Assembly (NCBI GenBank): GCA_028281405.1
Contig: JANQKA010000734.1
Coordinates: 1-59,028 of the forward strand
DNA: 59,028 nucleotides
Source of the DNA: Hasllibacter sp.
Lineage (GTDB): Bacteria > Pseudomonadota > Alphaproteobacteria > Rhodobacterales > Rhodobacteraceae
Direction: 5' to 3'
Position numbers and translations under genes: made by a program. Below are positions 22,686 through 34,800 of this stretch, one piece after another (within the stretch, counting starts at the first letter, position 1; each line of letters opens with the position of its first letter). The notes beneath the pieces were generated by a model, which did not search any database, was not told the DNA's origin, and saw only the letters and a program-made list of their open reading frames with translations.

Positions 22686-24622
22686 GCGCGCGCCTTCCCT
22701 CCGAGCCCGCGCGGAGCGATCTCCCTGAGCTTCAGGGCGTCGAACCGCGCTTGGATTTCCGCACGCTGGCCTTCGGGGTAGGCCTCCAGGGGAGGAAGGG
22801 CGCCGTAAAGCGCGCGCAGCATGATGTCTCTCGCGATCGGCGCGGCCGTGACGGCGCCGCTTCCGCCGTGTTCGACCACCACCGAAACCGCGTATTTGGG
22901 CGCGTCCGCGGGGGCGTAGGATACGAAGAGCGCGTGGTCACGCTGCCTCCAAGGCAGTTCCTCGTTGCTGAGAACGCCCTCCAACCGCTCCTCGGGGGTG
23001 ATTGTCCTCACTTGGCTCGTTCCGGTCTTGCCCGCCATTTCCATGCCTTCCGCCACTATGCGCGAGCGCACGGCGGTTCCGCTCTCCGTGACGGATAGCA
23101 TTGCGGCGCGAACCGCGTCGAGCGATTCTTTCGAGATGTCCAGGGGCTTCGGCGCGGGGAGGTCCACGCCAACGCCGTTCACGGACTTCACCAGCGTCGG
23201 CGACACGTCCGTTCCGGTGGCGATTCTCGCGGTCATGATCGCCAGTTGCAATGGCGAGGCGAGGACGAATCCCTGACCGATGGACGCGTTCAGCGTGTCG
23301 CCCGTCAGCCAGGTTTCGCCGCGGCGCGTGAATTTCCACTCCTTCGTCGGGGTCAATCCCACCGCCACGGCCGACATCGGGAGGTCGGGACGGATGCCCA
23401 GCCCAAGTTTGACCGCCATCGCGGTAATGGCGTCGATACCAACACGCTCGGCCACGTCATAGTAGTAGACGTCGCAGGATTGCTGAAGGCTCTTCTTGAA
23501 CGCCATGTGTCCGTGGCCGCCCCGCCGCCAGCAATGGAACACACGATCGCCTTTCTCGACATGGCCCTCGCACAGAACCGTTTCCCTCGTGTCGATCAAG
23601 CCGGCCTCCAAAGCGGCGAGCGCCGTGACCATCTTGAAGGTTGAACCGGGCGGGTAGGCGCCTTGCACGCTCTTGTTGGTGAGCGGGCGGTGATCGTTGT
23701 CGGTCAGTTTGCGGTAATTGGCCACGGAGATGCCGCGCACGAACAGGTTGGGATCGAAGGATGGGGCGGAACCGACCGCCAACAGTTCACCGGAGCGGAC
23801 GTCCATGACCACCGCCGAAGCGCTTTCCCCTTCAAGCCTGGCCTGTGTGAAATTCTGAAGTCCGGCGTCCACCGTCAGCAGCAAATCGTCTCCCGCGTCG
23901 CCTTCGTTGAGTTCGAGCTCGCGCATCACCCTGCCGGCGGCGTTCACCTCGATCCGCCGGAACCCGGCGGACCCGCGCAATCTTTCCTCCACCTTGTTCT
24001 CGAGGCCGACCTTCCCGATCTGGAACTTCGGGATCCGCAGCAACGGGTCGGGATCCCTGATCTTGCTGAGATCGTAATCCGAGACGGGTCCGACATAGCC
24101 CACGACGTGGGCGAAGTCGTCCCTCAAGGGATAATGCCTGCTCAGACCCGTCTCGGGCGTGACCCCGGGCAACGCCGGGGCGTTCACCGCGACCTCGGCG
24201 ACATCCTCCCACGAGAGGTGGTCGGCGACCGTCACCGGGACGAACGGGGATCGGCGGTTCAGTTCCCTGCGCGCGCGGGCGAGGTCGTCCGCGGACAGGT
24301 CGATGAACTTTCCCAATTTCCGCAACACCTCCTCCACATCCCCGGCGTCCTCCTGGACGACGACGATGCGGTAGTTCTGTTCGTTTTGGGCGATCGGCAC
24401 TCCGTTTCGGTCGAATATGAGGCCGCGCGCGGGCGAGACCAGTCTCACGTTGACCCGGTTCTCCTCGGCCAGCAATTGGTATTGGTCGGATTCGTTGACC
24501 TGCAAATCCCGCATCCGGAGGCCGAGCACGGCGAGGACGCCGGCTTGGATGCCTCCCGCCACCACCGCGCGCCGCGTGATCTGGTGGACGCTTCTCCGCG
24601 TGTATTCTTCGCTGTACTTCAT
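22682..24622 (-). CDS. mrdA: penicillin-binding protein 2 (elongasome transpeptidase)
   Basis: 646 aa from ATG 24622. PPGSTFK (SxxK) and AGKTGTSQ (KTG) motifs plus an N-terminal TM segment. 4-nt overlaps with mreD and rodA. Confidence 0.93.
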   Translation of the reverse strand: MKYSEEYTRRSVHQITRRAVVAGGIQAGVLAVLGLRMRDLQVNESDQYQLLAEENRVNVRLVSPARGLIFDRNGVPIAQNEQNYRIVVVQEDAGDVEEVLRKLGKFIDLSADDLARARRELNRRSPFVPVTVADHLSWEDVAEVAVNAPALPGVTPETGLSRHYPLRDDFAHVVGYVGPVSDYDLSKIRDPDPLLRIPKFQIGKVGLENKVEERLRGSAGFRRIEVNAAGRVMRELELNEGDAGDDLLLTVDAGLQNFTQARLEGESASAVVMDVRSGELLAVGSAPSFDPNLFVRGISVANYRKLTDNDHRPLTNKSVQGAYPPGSTFKMVTALAALEAGLIDTRETVLCEGHVEKGDRVFHCWRRGGHGHMAFKKSLQQSCDVYYYDVAERVGIDAITAMAVKLGLGIRPDLPMSAVAVGLTPTKEWKFTRRGETWLTGDTLNASIGQGFVLASPLQLAIMTARIATGTDVSPTLVKSVNGVGVDLPAPKPLDISKESLDAVRAAMLSVTESGTAVRSRIVAEGMEMAGKTGTSQVRTITPEERLEGVLSNEELPWRQRDHALFVSYAPADAPKYAVSVVVEHGGSGAVTAAPIARDIMLRALYGALPPLEAYPEGQRAEIQARFDALKLREIAPRGLGGKARA

Positions 24623-25149
24623 CGGAAATCCCCCCCGTACGATGTTTCGGCGGCGGTGCGCCTGACGCCGAATACCGCCCAGATTATCGCCACGGCGATC
24701 GGGTAGGCCAAGGACGTGGCGGCCACGAAGCCGGTGAAGTCGCCGATGCCCGGCACGGGCAAACCCGCCGCCAACATCACGAGCCGCTCCAGCGCGGCCG
24801 CGCCCGCCACCGCCGCGGCCGCGAACATCCACTCGACCAGGAACGGCAGTCCCGCCGCGCGGCCGGCGCGTGAGCGCATGAATTCGCAAGCGACGATCAT
24901 GATCGCCGACCACAGGCCGGGGGGCCTCATGAACAGGAAGTCGGTGAACAACGTGACGGCGGCGATCAGTGGAATTGGGACATGATCGGGGCGGCGCGAC
25001 ACCCAAGCGAGGGTGAGGACGAACAAAATGTCGGGAGAGGCGAGGAATTGCGACCCGCCGAGAGGCAGAAGCCGCGCGAAGATCAACGCGAGGGCGGCCA
25101 GCACGTAGAGGCCGCGATAAAACCAGACCCGTTGGCTTCCCCTATCCAT
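24619..25149 (-). CDS. mreD: rod shape-determining protein MreD
   Basis: 176-aa polytopic membrane protein between mreC and mrdA, overlapping both. Confidence 0.8.
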   Translation of the reverse strand: MDRGSQRVWFYRGLYVLAALALIFARLLPLGGSQFLASPDILFVLTLAWVSRRPDHVPIPLIAAVTLFTDFLFMRPPGLWSAIMIVACEFMRSRAGRAAGLPFLVEWMFAAAAVAGAAALERLVMLAAGLPVPGIGDFTGFVAATSLAYPIAVAIIWAVFGVRRTAAETSYGGDFR

Positions 25150-26056
25150 CGTCCACCTCCGCCGTCCGCGGCTCGACCGCGGGCTCCGGCTCCGTACGGG
25201 GCGGAACGAGGAGAAAACTTCCTTCCTCGATCCTCTCTATCTCGTGGCTGCGGAGGACTCGAAGGAATTCCAGGCGCTCGTAGTCCGCCGACAGGAGGGC
25301 CCGCAAACGGCCGTCCGGTGTTTGCGCGACCTGGCCCACGAGAATACCCGAGGGGAACACGCCGCCGTCGCCCGAGGTCGCGACGCGGTCGCCCGGCCGC
25401 GCCAGTTCGGGTCTCTCAATGAAATCCAGCAGGGGGGCGCCCGACGAGTCCCCCGACAGGATCGCTTGTTGGCCGGAGGGCCGGATCGTGACCGGGACGC
25501 GGCTGTTGGGGTCGGTGAGCAGAATGACGCGGCTGGTGCTCCGGCCCACCCCCGCGATTCGCCCGACGAGGCCCAATCCGTCCGTCGCCGCCCACCCCTC
25601 GCGGATGCCGTCGCGCGCGCCCACGTTGAGCAGGACCGATTGTCTGAAGGGCGAGCCGCTGTCCGCCATGACCACGCCCGTGACGTAGGTCAATTGCGGG
25701 TCGAGTTGCACGTTGTTGATATCCAGGAGCTTGGCGTTCTGTTGCTCGAGCTGCAGGGCCGCCTCCTTCCACGCCTTCATCCTCTGCAACTCCCGCCTCA
25801 GTTCCCGGTTCTGTTCGTGGATCCGGGCGTAGGACTGAAAATCGTCAACCAAGCGCCAGGCGCCCGTCACGGGAACCATGATCCAATTCATCGAGGGCAT
25901 CACGGCGTCGAAAAGCCGGGCGCGCAGGTATTCGACCCGTGGATTGTCGATCAGCGACAGCAGGAAAAGTCCGGACAGCGCGACCACGATCATCGCCGCT
26001 CCGACGCGTCGGAGCGGTCGTATGAAACCATCCCTCACCATGTCGTCTCGGGGCAA
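25142..26056 (-). CDS. mreC: rod shape-determining protein MreC
   Basis: 304 aa. N-terminal TM, coiled-coil LRRELQRMKAWKEAALQLEQQNAKL, beta-rich C-terminal domains (GLVGRIAGVG, GVFPSGILVGQV). Confidence 0.88.
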   Translation of the reverse strand: MPRDDMVRDGFIRPLRRVGAAMIVVALSGLFLLSLIDNPRVEYLRARLFDAVMPSMNWIMVPVTGAWRLVDDFQSYARIHEQNRELRRELQRMKAWKEAALQLEQQNAKLLDINNVQLDPQLTYVTGVVMADSGSPFRQSVLLNVGARDGIREGWAATDGLGLVGRIAGVGRSTSRVILLTDPNSRVPVTIRPSGQQAILSGDSSGAPLLDFIERPELARPGDRVATSGDGGVFPSGILVGQVAQTPDGRLRALLSADYERLEFLRVLRSHEIERIEEGSFLLVPPRTEPEPAVEPRTAEVDDG

Positions 26057-26099
26057 CCGGGATTCTCCTGATTCGCGGGGTGGAAGCCTTCCGGCCGAT

Positions 26100-27164
<1,065 letters not shown>

Positions 27165-27450
27165 TCAGCCCCGCGACTCGTTGGACCGGGGCGGCACCCC
27201 TATATGACAACCGCGGAGGGAGATAAAGTAATTTATTGCCTGTTGGTGAAAAACTTGGAAACATCGTTCCCGAACCACCCGCCGCGCGCCGCCGGCGCGG
27301 GACGGTGTGGCTTGGCCGAAAGCGAATCCTATGGACCGGAGGGTGGTGGTTGGCGGCGTGGCGCGAATGACGCCCCGGCGTGAATGCCGGCCGGGAACCA
27401 GGGGCGCGGGGAGGGAAGGGCGCGCGTCGGCGCGGATGGGGCGACGCGCG

Positions 27451-27488
27451 GCCGGGATGGCCCCGTGCGGCCGGGATGGCCCCGTGCG
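27451..27488. repeat. exact 19-bp tandem duplication (x2)
   Basis: gccgggatggccccgtgcg occurs twice back-to-back in the mreB-lepA spacer. Confidence 0.95.
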
Positions 27489-27944
27489 GGACGGCATCCA
27501 AGTTCGCGTTGGTTGAAGCCGGGATGCATCCGGCGGGCGCCTCCGTCCACCGCCGCGGCTCGTCGCGGCGACCCGGTATTGAGGTCCGGCGTGTCGGCCG
27601 CGGCGTCGCCCCCGCCGCTCGCGGCGCGGGAATCCGCGACGGATTCCGTGCGGCCGCGCCAGCGATTCCCGGAGGAGCGGCGGTGCGATTCCGCGCTGGC
27701 CGCCATCGTGCGCCGCGGTTCCGTATATGGCCGGGTGTCGGCGGAACCGATTCGTGGCGCGTCTTTCGGCCTCGAATGCGTTGCCGACCACCATCGACCG
27801 CGCCCGCCCATGCTCGCCGGACCAAACTCCGCGATTCCCGTTGGTGGCCGTCACGTCCGCATGCGGCCCCGCCTCGGTTCCGGGTTTCGGCATCGGGCGG
27901 GGATTCCGGCCGAGATCATGGCCCGCCGCCGTTTCGGGTCGGGG

Positions 27945-27980
27945 TGGGTCTGGGTCTGGGTCTGGGTCTGGGTCTGGGTC
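27945..27980. repeat. hexanucleotide microsatellite (TGGGTC)x6
   Basis: Six perfect tandem TGGGTC units, preceded by degenerate gggtcgggg-tgggtc. Confidence 0.95.
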
Positions 27981-28533
27981 GTGGATCAGATTCTTGTCCC
28001 GCGTCGGCAAACCATGTGCGCCCGCCGTCGTCCCCCATTGGTTCACTCTCCGCCGTAGCGCGCGGACCCGCCGCGACTTCGAATCATGGCATAGGGCGGA
28101 GATTCCGCGTGGGCTGCTTGAAGTCAACGTTTTCCCGGGATTGGCGGGTCCAGTTCCGCATGGGGCGGACTTGTTCGCCGCACCCGCCCCACGCCGCGGC
28201 CCTTTTCAACCGAATCGTGGTATGAATCGCGGCTTCGGGCCCCGAAAGCGGCGCATCGGACGCGTTCCGTCCGTATACGGGCGGCGAACGTCGGTTGGGC
28301 GAAGGAGCGTCGCGACCCGGGTTTCGGAAATTGAGGCGGCCAACCGGAGAGACGCGGTGGATTCTCCCAGCCCGCGTGTGGCGGCGGGGAGTTGCGCCGG
28401 CTTGAGGCCGTCCGCCCCTGTTTTCGCCCCGCCCTCGCGGGGCGGCGGGTTTGGCGGCGCTGGCTGAGCGGTTGGACGCTCCATTCGCCCCGCCCGCGCG
28501 TGGCGGCGGCGGAATTCGGTGCGGTTGAACGTT

Positions 28534-28555
28534 CCCTCCGGGATCCCTCCGGGAT
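28534..28555. repeat. exact 11-bp tandem duplication (x2)
   Basis: ccctccgggat occurs twice back-to-back, about 160 nt upstream of lepA. Confidence 0.9.
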
Positions 28556-28716
28556 TCGATGCGCCTTGCGGGGCACCGCAACTGACCCGCGGTGTCGGTG
28601 ACCGGATTCCACCCGCGGTGCCTAGGGGGAGTCCGTCCCGGCGTCCCTCGTGGTGACGTCCCCTCCGGGGCGCGGAAGGTCTCGACAAATCCGTGGATTT
28701 GTCGCATATCGCGCCC

Positions 28717-30516
28717 ATGGTCGAACTCTCCCGCATACGCAATTTCTCCATCGTCGCTCACATTGATCACGGCAAGTCGACCCTGGCCGACCGCTTGATC
28801 CAGCGCACCAACGCGGTGTCGGAACGGGAGATGAAGGAGCAGCTTCTCGACGCGATGGATATCGAACGGGAGCGCGGCATCACCATCAAGGCCAACACGG
28901 TCCGCCTTGAATACACCGCCGCGGATGGATTGGACTACGTTCTGAACCTGATCGACACACCCGGGCATGTGGACTTCGCCTACGAGGTTTCCCGCTCCAT
29001 GCGCGCGGTGGAGGGATCGCTTCTGGTCGTTGATTCCACCCAGGGGGTCGAGGCCCAGACGCTCGCCAACGTCTATCAGGCGATCGAGGCGGATCATGAG
29101 ATCGTGCCCGTTCTGAACAAGATCGATCTGCCCGCCTCCGACATCGATCGCGTGGCGGAGCAGATCGAGGAGGTCATCGGAATCGACGCTTCCGGCGCCA
29201 TCCCCGTCTCCGCCAAGACGGGGGATGGCATCGCCGAGACACTGGAGGCGATCGTCACGCGGCTTCCCGCGCCGGTCGGCGATCGCGGGGCTCCGCTCAA
29301 GGCGATGCTCGTCGACTCTTGGTACGACGCCTATCTGGGGGTCGTCGTCCTCGTGCGCGTCATCGATGGAGCACTGAGGAAGGGTGACCGGATCAGGATG
29401 ATGTCGAACGGATCCACCCACCACGTCGACCGGCTGGGCGTGTTCCGCCCCGTCATGCGGGATCATTCCGAACTTGGCCCCGGAGAAATCGGCTTCCTCA
29501 CCGCCTCCATCAAACAGGTGCGCGACACCCGCGTGGGCGACACCATCACGCATGAGAAGGGAGGAGCGGAAACCCCGTTGCCGGGCTTCAATCCCTCCCG
29601 CCCGGTGGTGTTCTGCGGCATCTTCCCCGTCGATAACGGCGAATTCGAGAATCTGCGCGAGGCGATCGGGAAGCTCGCGCTCAACGACGCTTCGTTCACC
29701 TTCGAGATGGAGACTTCCGCCGCCTTGGGGTTCGGCTTCCGCTGCGGTTTCCTCGGGCTGCTTCATCTGGAGGTGGTCCGCGACAGGATCGAGCGGGAGT
29801 ACGGCATCGAACTGATCACCACAGCACCCAGCGTGATCTACAATGTGCACATGCGCGGTGGCGGGATCCTGGAACTCCACAACCCCGCGGACATGCCCGA
29901 TCCGACCAACATCGACCATATCGAGGAGCCGCGCATACGGGCGACCATCATGGTGCCCGACGAATACCTCGGAGATGTCCTCAAGCTTTGCCAGGACAGG
30001 CGCGGGATCCAGGAGGACCTGACATACGCCGGTTCCCGCGCCATGGTCGTCTACGACCTGCCGCTGAACGAGGTCGTGTTCGACTTCTACGACCGGCTGA
30101 AATCGGTGACCAAGGGCTACGCCAGCTTCGACTATCAGATGATCGGTCACCGGGAGGACCACCTCGTCAAGATGCAGATCCTCGTGAACGAGGAACCCGT
30201 CGACGCGCTCTCGACCATGGTGCACCGTGACCGGGCCGAGACGCGCGGGCGCGCCATGGTCGAGAAGCTCAAGGACTTGATTCCCCGCCACATGTTCAAG
30301 ATCCCGATTCAGGCGGCGGTCGGCGGTCGGATCGTCGCCAGGGAGACCCTCGCCGCGCTGAGAAAGGACGTGACGGCCAAATGCTACGGAGGCGACGCGA
30401 CGCGGAAGCGCAAGTTGCTGGACAAGCAGAAGGCGGGGAAAAAGAAGATGCGCCAGTTCGGAAAGGTGGACATTCCGCAGGCGGCGTTCATCGACGCCCT
30501 CAAGATGGACGGCTGA
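28717..30516 (+). CDS. lepA: translation elongation factor 4 (LepA)
   Basis: [39 protein letters not shown]. 599 aa from ATG 28717; an in-frame GTG at 28693 is an alternative start. Confidence 0.95.
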   Translation: MVELSRIRNFSIVAHIDHGKSTLADRLIQRTNAVSEREMKEQLLDAMDIERERGITIKANTVRLEYTAADGLDYVLNLIDTPGHVDFAYEVSRSMRAVEGSLLVVDSTQGVEAQTLANVYQAIEADHEIVPVLNKIDLPASDIDRVAEQIEEVIGIDASGAIPVSAKTGDGIAETLEAIVTRLPAPVGDRGAPLKAMLVDSWYDAYLGVVVLVRVIDGALRKGDRIRMMSNGSTHHVDRLGVFRPVMRDHSELGPGEIGFLTASIKQVRDTRVGDTITHEKGGAETPLPGFNPSRPVVFCGIFPVDNGEFENLREAIGKLALNDASFTFEMETSAALGFGFRCGFLGLLHLEVVRDRIEREYGIELITTAPSVIYNVHMRGGGILELHNPADMPDPTNIDHIEEPRIRATIMVPDEYLGDVLKLCQDRRGIQEDLTYAGSRAMVVYDLPLNEVVFDFYDRLKSVTKGYASFDYQMIGHREDHLVKMQILVNEEPVDALSTMVHRDRAETRGRAMVEKLKDLIPRHMFKIPIQAAVGGRIVARETLAALRKDVTAKCYGGDATRKRKLLDKQKAGKKKMRQFGKVDIPQAAFIDALKMDG

Positions 30517-30775
30517 AGGGAGCGCCCGTAGCTCGTGATGGGGTCTCGGCCCGTTTCGCTTTTCCACCTTGTCGACGCGGGCCACACAAGCCGTCGCCTT
30601 CTCTTCGCTCCGATCATCTCGGATTCCCCCGGATTGATTGGACCGATTCCGTTGGCGAAGGACTTCCTGACCTCAAGCGGCCCCGCCGGGAGCGCGTCAC
30701 TGTCCGGAAAATCCATCGAAGCCGGAGCCGGGCCGGTCCCGACCGCGCGGCGAGTCCTCCGGAGGGAGATGCCCG

Positions 30776-31813
30776 TCACGCCGCTCGGGAGGAAATGTGA
30801 CGCAGAAGATGCCGGACATCTTCGGGTTCCGCGGGTTTCCTGTGGGCGAGGGCGTTCCGTATCCGCGTCATCGCCGCTAGGCGGTTCGCGTCCTTTTCGC
30901 TCAATTTGTCCGAAATTTGACGATTTAGCGCGCCGAATTCCAACTCGTCGACCGATGAGACGCCCAACCCCCTCGTAAAGTTGTTGACATAAAGAAGGTC
31001 TCGAAACCGTTGAACGAAACGTTGCCGTTCCACTTCGAGAAGTGGAAACAACGAGGTCAATTGGGCCCGCCAAATTCTCGCGCGCAACTCATCCGTGGCT
31101 CCATGCCTCATGAGCGCGAGTGGGCAGGAATCCACTTTTCCGACCTCCCCGGCCGGCGTCATGTCGGGATCCCGCGCGCGGCGGTCCAGCCAAGCCAACG
31201 GGTCAGAAAGGTCGTCCACACCCGCCCGCGCGAGATCCCTGGCCAGATCCAATCTCCTTCGGCAAACTTCCGTCGCGAGAGAGACAGCGAGATCCTCCCC
31301 GGCGCCTCCGCGATTTCCGAATAGATGTTCCTGGGCCCAAATGATGCGGTCTCCCCGGGTGAGGGAGTTTCTCCACGAGGGAAAGGTTTCGACTTCGGAA
31401 ACTTTGATATCCCGGGGCAGGTCGGGCACCAAAATATGAAGACCGGACTCCCGGGGCATCCGCTGTTCCGCGAAGCGGGACAGGAAGGTTTCCCATCCCC
31501 GCCATGAATGAGCCGGAAGCGACGAGAACCGCACCAAAACGCATGTGCCGGTAAATATTTCGGCCATAAGCCCCTCGAGTTTGGGTTCCGCCGAAATCCT
31601 GCGGGCGATGATTCTGGTTGGCTTCCCGTCCAAACGGTCGAGGTCGTGGGGGGAGAGCCGGTCGGTCCCGCCGAAAATGGCGTCCTCCATGCGGCCTGGA
31701 GTCGCGGCGTCGGCGGAGACGAGGGCGATACCCTTGTCCATAAGCGCGGACGCGACCCGGTCCACCCAAGCCGAGAGGCCGGGAAGCGACCAGGCGCTAT
31801 GCTCACCCTTCAT
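30776..31813 (-). CDS. 345-aa protein with C-terminal HEPN-like (Rx4H) motif; candidate RNase effector of the two-gene island
   Basis: Protein-like ORF in the lower-G+C island. Its ATG at 31813 overlaps the last 11 nt of the giant upstream ORF. The C-terminal helix is ...LSEKDANRLAAMTRIRNALAHRKPAEPEDV. The N-terminal ~250 aa are unrecognised. Confidence 0.75.
   Translation of the reverse strand: MKGEHSAWSLPGLSAWVDRVASALMDKGIALVSADAATPGRMEDAIFGGTDRLSPHDLDRLDGKPTRIIARRISAEPKLEGLMAEIFTGTCVLVRFSSLPAHSWRGWETFLSRFAEQRMPRESGLHILVPDLPRDIKVSEVETFPSWRNSLTRGDRIIWAQEHLFGNRGGAGEDLAVSLATEVCRRRLDLARDLARAGVDDLSDPLAWLDRRARDPDMTPAGEVGKVDSCPLALMRHGATDELRARIWRAQLTSLFPLLEVERQRFVQRFRDLLYVNNFTRGLGVSSVDELEFGALNRQISDKLSEKDANRLAAMTRIRNALAHRKPAEPEDVRHLLRHISSRAA
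30842..30859 (-). other. R-N-A-L-A-H: candidate HEPN catalytic Rx4H motif
   Basis: Codons read directly on the minus strand: cgg aac gcc ctc gcc cac. Confidence 0.55.
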
Positions 31814-34800
31814 GAATCAACAAATGCCCGAACGGCGTCACCGAGGGCAGATTGTCCGCGGAACCGTGATTCCGGATGAGATTCAATTCCTCGAGTTTGG
31901 AAATCCGGTCGGAGGAGGTTCCAAACTGCACCATCATGTCCTCCCTCGATGAGATCGCTTCCCTCATTTGGGAGAATTCCCGGAGAAACTCGAGATCCCC
32001 GACGTCGACTCCGATCTCTTCCGCCGTCACGGGATTGCTCCGAAGCCATTCGCGGAGACGTTTTTCGATTTGCGCCTCCGAGCGGGTCTCCACCTCCCTG
32101 AGGACCGGGAGAAGCATTCCAAGCCGGGCCGGGGCGCAACCGGAAGCGGTCATCACCGCCCTCCGGATTTTTTCATTGTCGAAAATCGGGGCCAGATTCT
32201 CAGATGCCAACCAATGCCTCAGCATCGCCTCTGACCAAGGCTTCGCGCGATATATTTTGATTCCGTCTGGTAGAATATCCGGCGTTCGTTCGAGACACCA
32301 TACGGGAATGATCCGGCCATCATCGACGGGTTTCATCTTCGACAGGTCTTCGGCGTCTTTGGCGTTCCATTCTCCCTCCACCACGAGAACCGCCTTTTTG
32401 TCGCCGATGGCGTCGATTTCCCGGCGAAGAGAATTCCTATCCGAGGTGGTCAAGGTATTGGACGAATTCCTTATAATGTCCGCCGCGACCTGAATGCGCC
32501 TCCCCAGACCGGAACCGATGATGACCGGGTGGCCAATGACCAATCTTGTACCCGGTTTCGAGGCGTCGAACAGAAGTTTGATATCTCTGTCCGTAAGGGG
32601 AGCCCTTTCGTCCTTCAGGACCGGTCTCAGCAATGAATGAAATTCGCGGGGATTGTACGTCGGTTCCGACTCCCTCTCTCCAAGCAGGAGAAGAGAGGAT
32701 TCGAGTTGTTCCCGCGTGCCGAGCATTTGCGCCACGAGAGCGCTGCGCAATCCGTACCGGTTTTCACCGAATTCGCTCAATACCCCCAAATCGACCATTT
32801 CCTTCAGGAGCTCCTCGATATCCAGCACGCCGGGGTGGTCGAGGGAGTGAGGCCAGAAGGGCCGCGCCAGATCAAGAAGTCGTTCCGGAGACTCGCCCTT
32901 GGAGAATACTTTTTCATCCCCGCTCGAGGCGTCCAGCCGGTGCAGGGCGAGGGATTTGGCGATGCATTCGTACCGGAGGTCAAGGTTCAACGTCAACTGA
33001 AATCTATCGCGGATCTGCTCGGCGGCCTTGCTCGCCGCTTCACCATCGAACATCGCTTTGTGCGACAAGGCCCATCGTGGCCCGTCGGGATCGGCCAATA
33101 CGCGCCTTCCTATCGACTCAACGATTTGGCGGCAGAAAATCTGCACCAGCGAGGGATAATAATTCATCCGGGTGAGCAAGTCCAGCGCCAGCGTAGGATC
33201 GGCGTAGTCAAGTCCAGCCGCGCGCATGGGATCTGTGGCGAGCCGCCGAAGTGCGGATCGGTTTTCCTTGGTCTGGTTCATCGGTCCGATGCAGATTGGT
33301 TCGCCGAGATGGGGAAGGGGAGAATTCGGTGCTTGGGCCATCCGCCGAACGTTGTGAAGGCCCGCGAACACCGCCTTGAACCTCATCCTGGTGCGTCCCA
33401 TGAGATCCTTCAGCAGCTGCAGATTGGGATACCCGTGTTCATGCTCGTTTTTCAGGAAATTGTCGGATTCGTCGAACATCGTCAGCAACCTTCGGGAAGG
33501 ATCCACCCCGAGCCAGTCCTCGATCTCCCGGACGATGCCGTTGGGATCCTCGATTCTCGGTGGAATTTCGATATGTTCCCGGATATGGTGGAGCAAATCG
33601 CTCCATATCCGCTCCGAGGGAGTTCCGGCGCCTCCGACTGGCCGGATGTCGATGTAAATAGCGAGTTCTCCAATCAATGGCCGGTGACGATCGGATCGGA
33701 TTTTGTTCAGCAGAGCGGATTTGCCCAATTGCCGTCCTCCGTAGATCAGGCATCCTCCGCCGTCGGTCGCCGCGATCCGCGCCACTTCGTCCTGACGGCC
33801 GAAGAACATTTCCGGCGGGATTTCACCAGCCCGAGTGACGTACGGCTGCACCCACCCGAACGGCAATGCGCACGCGAAAAGCGCGGGCAGGGGATCCCCC
33901 CCACGTGTGGCGAGATGTAGAAGAAGCGATTCGTCCACCACAAGCACTTTTCTCGCGTCTGAATGAGCTTTTTGCGCCAAGGCCCTGCGTTCCCTGACGC
34001 TCAATCTGCGAAGAATCATGACGATCCAAGGTTGGTCCGGCGCCTCGTTTGCGATTTCGCGTAGGATTCCCTGTGGCGGCAGGTCTCCCCGGACCACGGC
34101 ACAGCGGTAATGTCCATCCGCTTCGCTTCCGAACGCTGGTGGAATGAACCAACCGTCGGGCTGAATCCAGTTGCATTTTATCGAGAACCCCCGCACTTTT
34201 CCTGGCACGAGCACGATATCGCCCGAAATGTTGACTTTAGTGAATCCGAGACCGCCGAGAACATCTCCGAACGCCCGACGGATCGGGTCGGGTCGGTTTT
34301 GCTTCATCGCGTTCTCCAGTCCCCTCCAATCGGAGAGAACTTGACGGGAGCGACCGCGCTCCGTTTTCTCGAGCCCGGAGAAATCGAGCGGCCCCGTCGC
34401 CCCACCCTCCTTCGCCGCCTGCACTATACGTCCATGGGTCAGGCCCTCCCCATTCGATTCCTCGATGCGCGTCACGAAATCAGGGAAAAAATCCGCGAAC
34501 TCGTCGTGGGCGTCTCGTTCGGGCAACGAAACATCGCGCCCGGCCGATAATTCGGCGACGGCGTCTTCCACGGTAACCGGATCGAGCCTGTGCATTTCGT
34601 CGAGTATTCTTTTCGCGGATTCGCCGAGCGGCCCGCCTTTTTGGGTTAGAATTTCAAGCTGCCGCTTTTGCCTCCCCGTGATTTCATCGGTCAATTCGCT
34701 CCGCCTCTTCTCGAATTCCGACAGAACATCGTCGAGTTCGGGAAAATCCGGCGGGATGCCGGGCACTCTCGCCTCCGATGCGGCCGGAAGTGTGACGTCG

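Noticed and set aside
27165-28612. ORFs of 160-320 aa in the mreB-lepA spacer, including the GSGSGSGS / DPDPDPDP / VWVWVW translations of the microsatellite
   Set aside because: All frames give shadow-type composition. The apparent GS-linker is simply the (TGGGTC)6 repeat read in frame. It is not a CRISPR array either, having 6-bp units and no spacers.
30805-30823. Perfect 7-bp inverted repeat GAAGATG-CCGGA-CATCTTC that looks like a terminator stem
   Set aside because: It lies inside the coding sequence of the HEPN-motif gene (codons for EDVRHLL) and has no T-tract, so it is not called a terminator.
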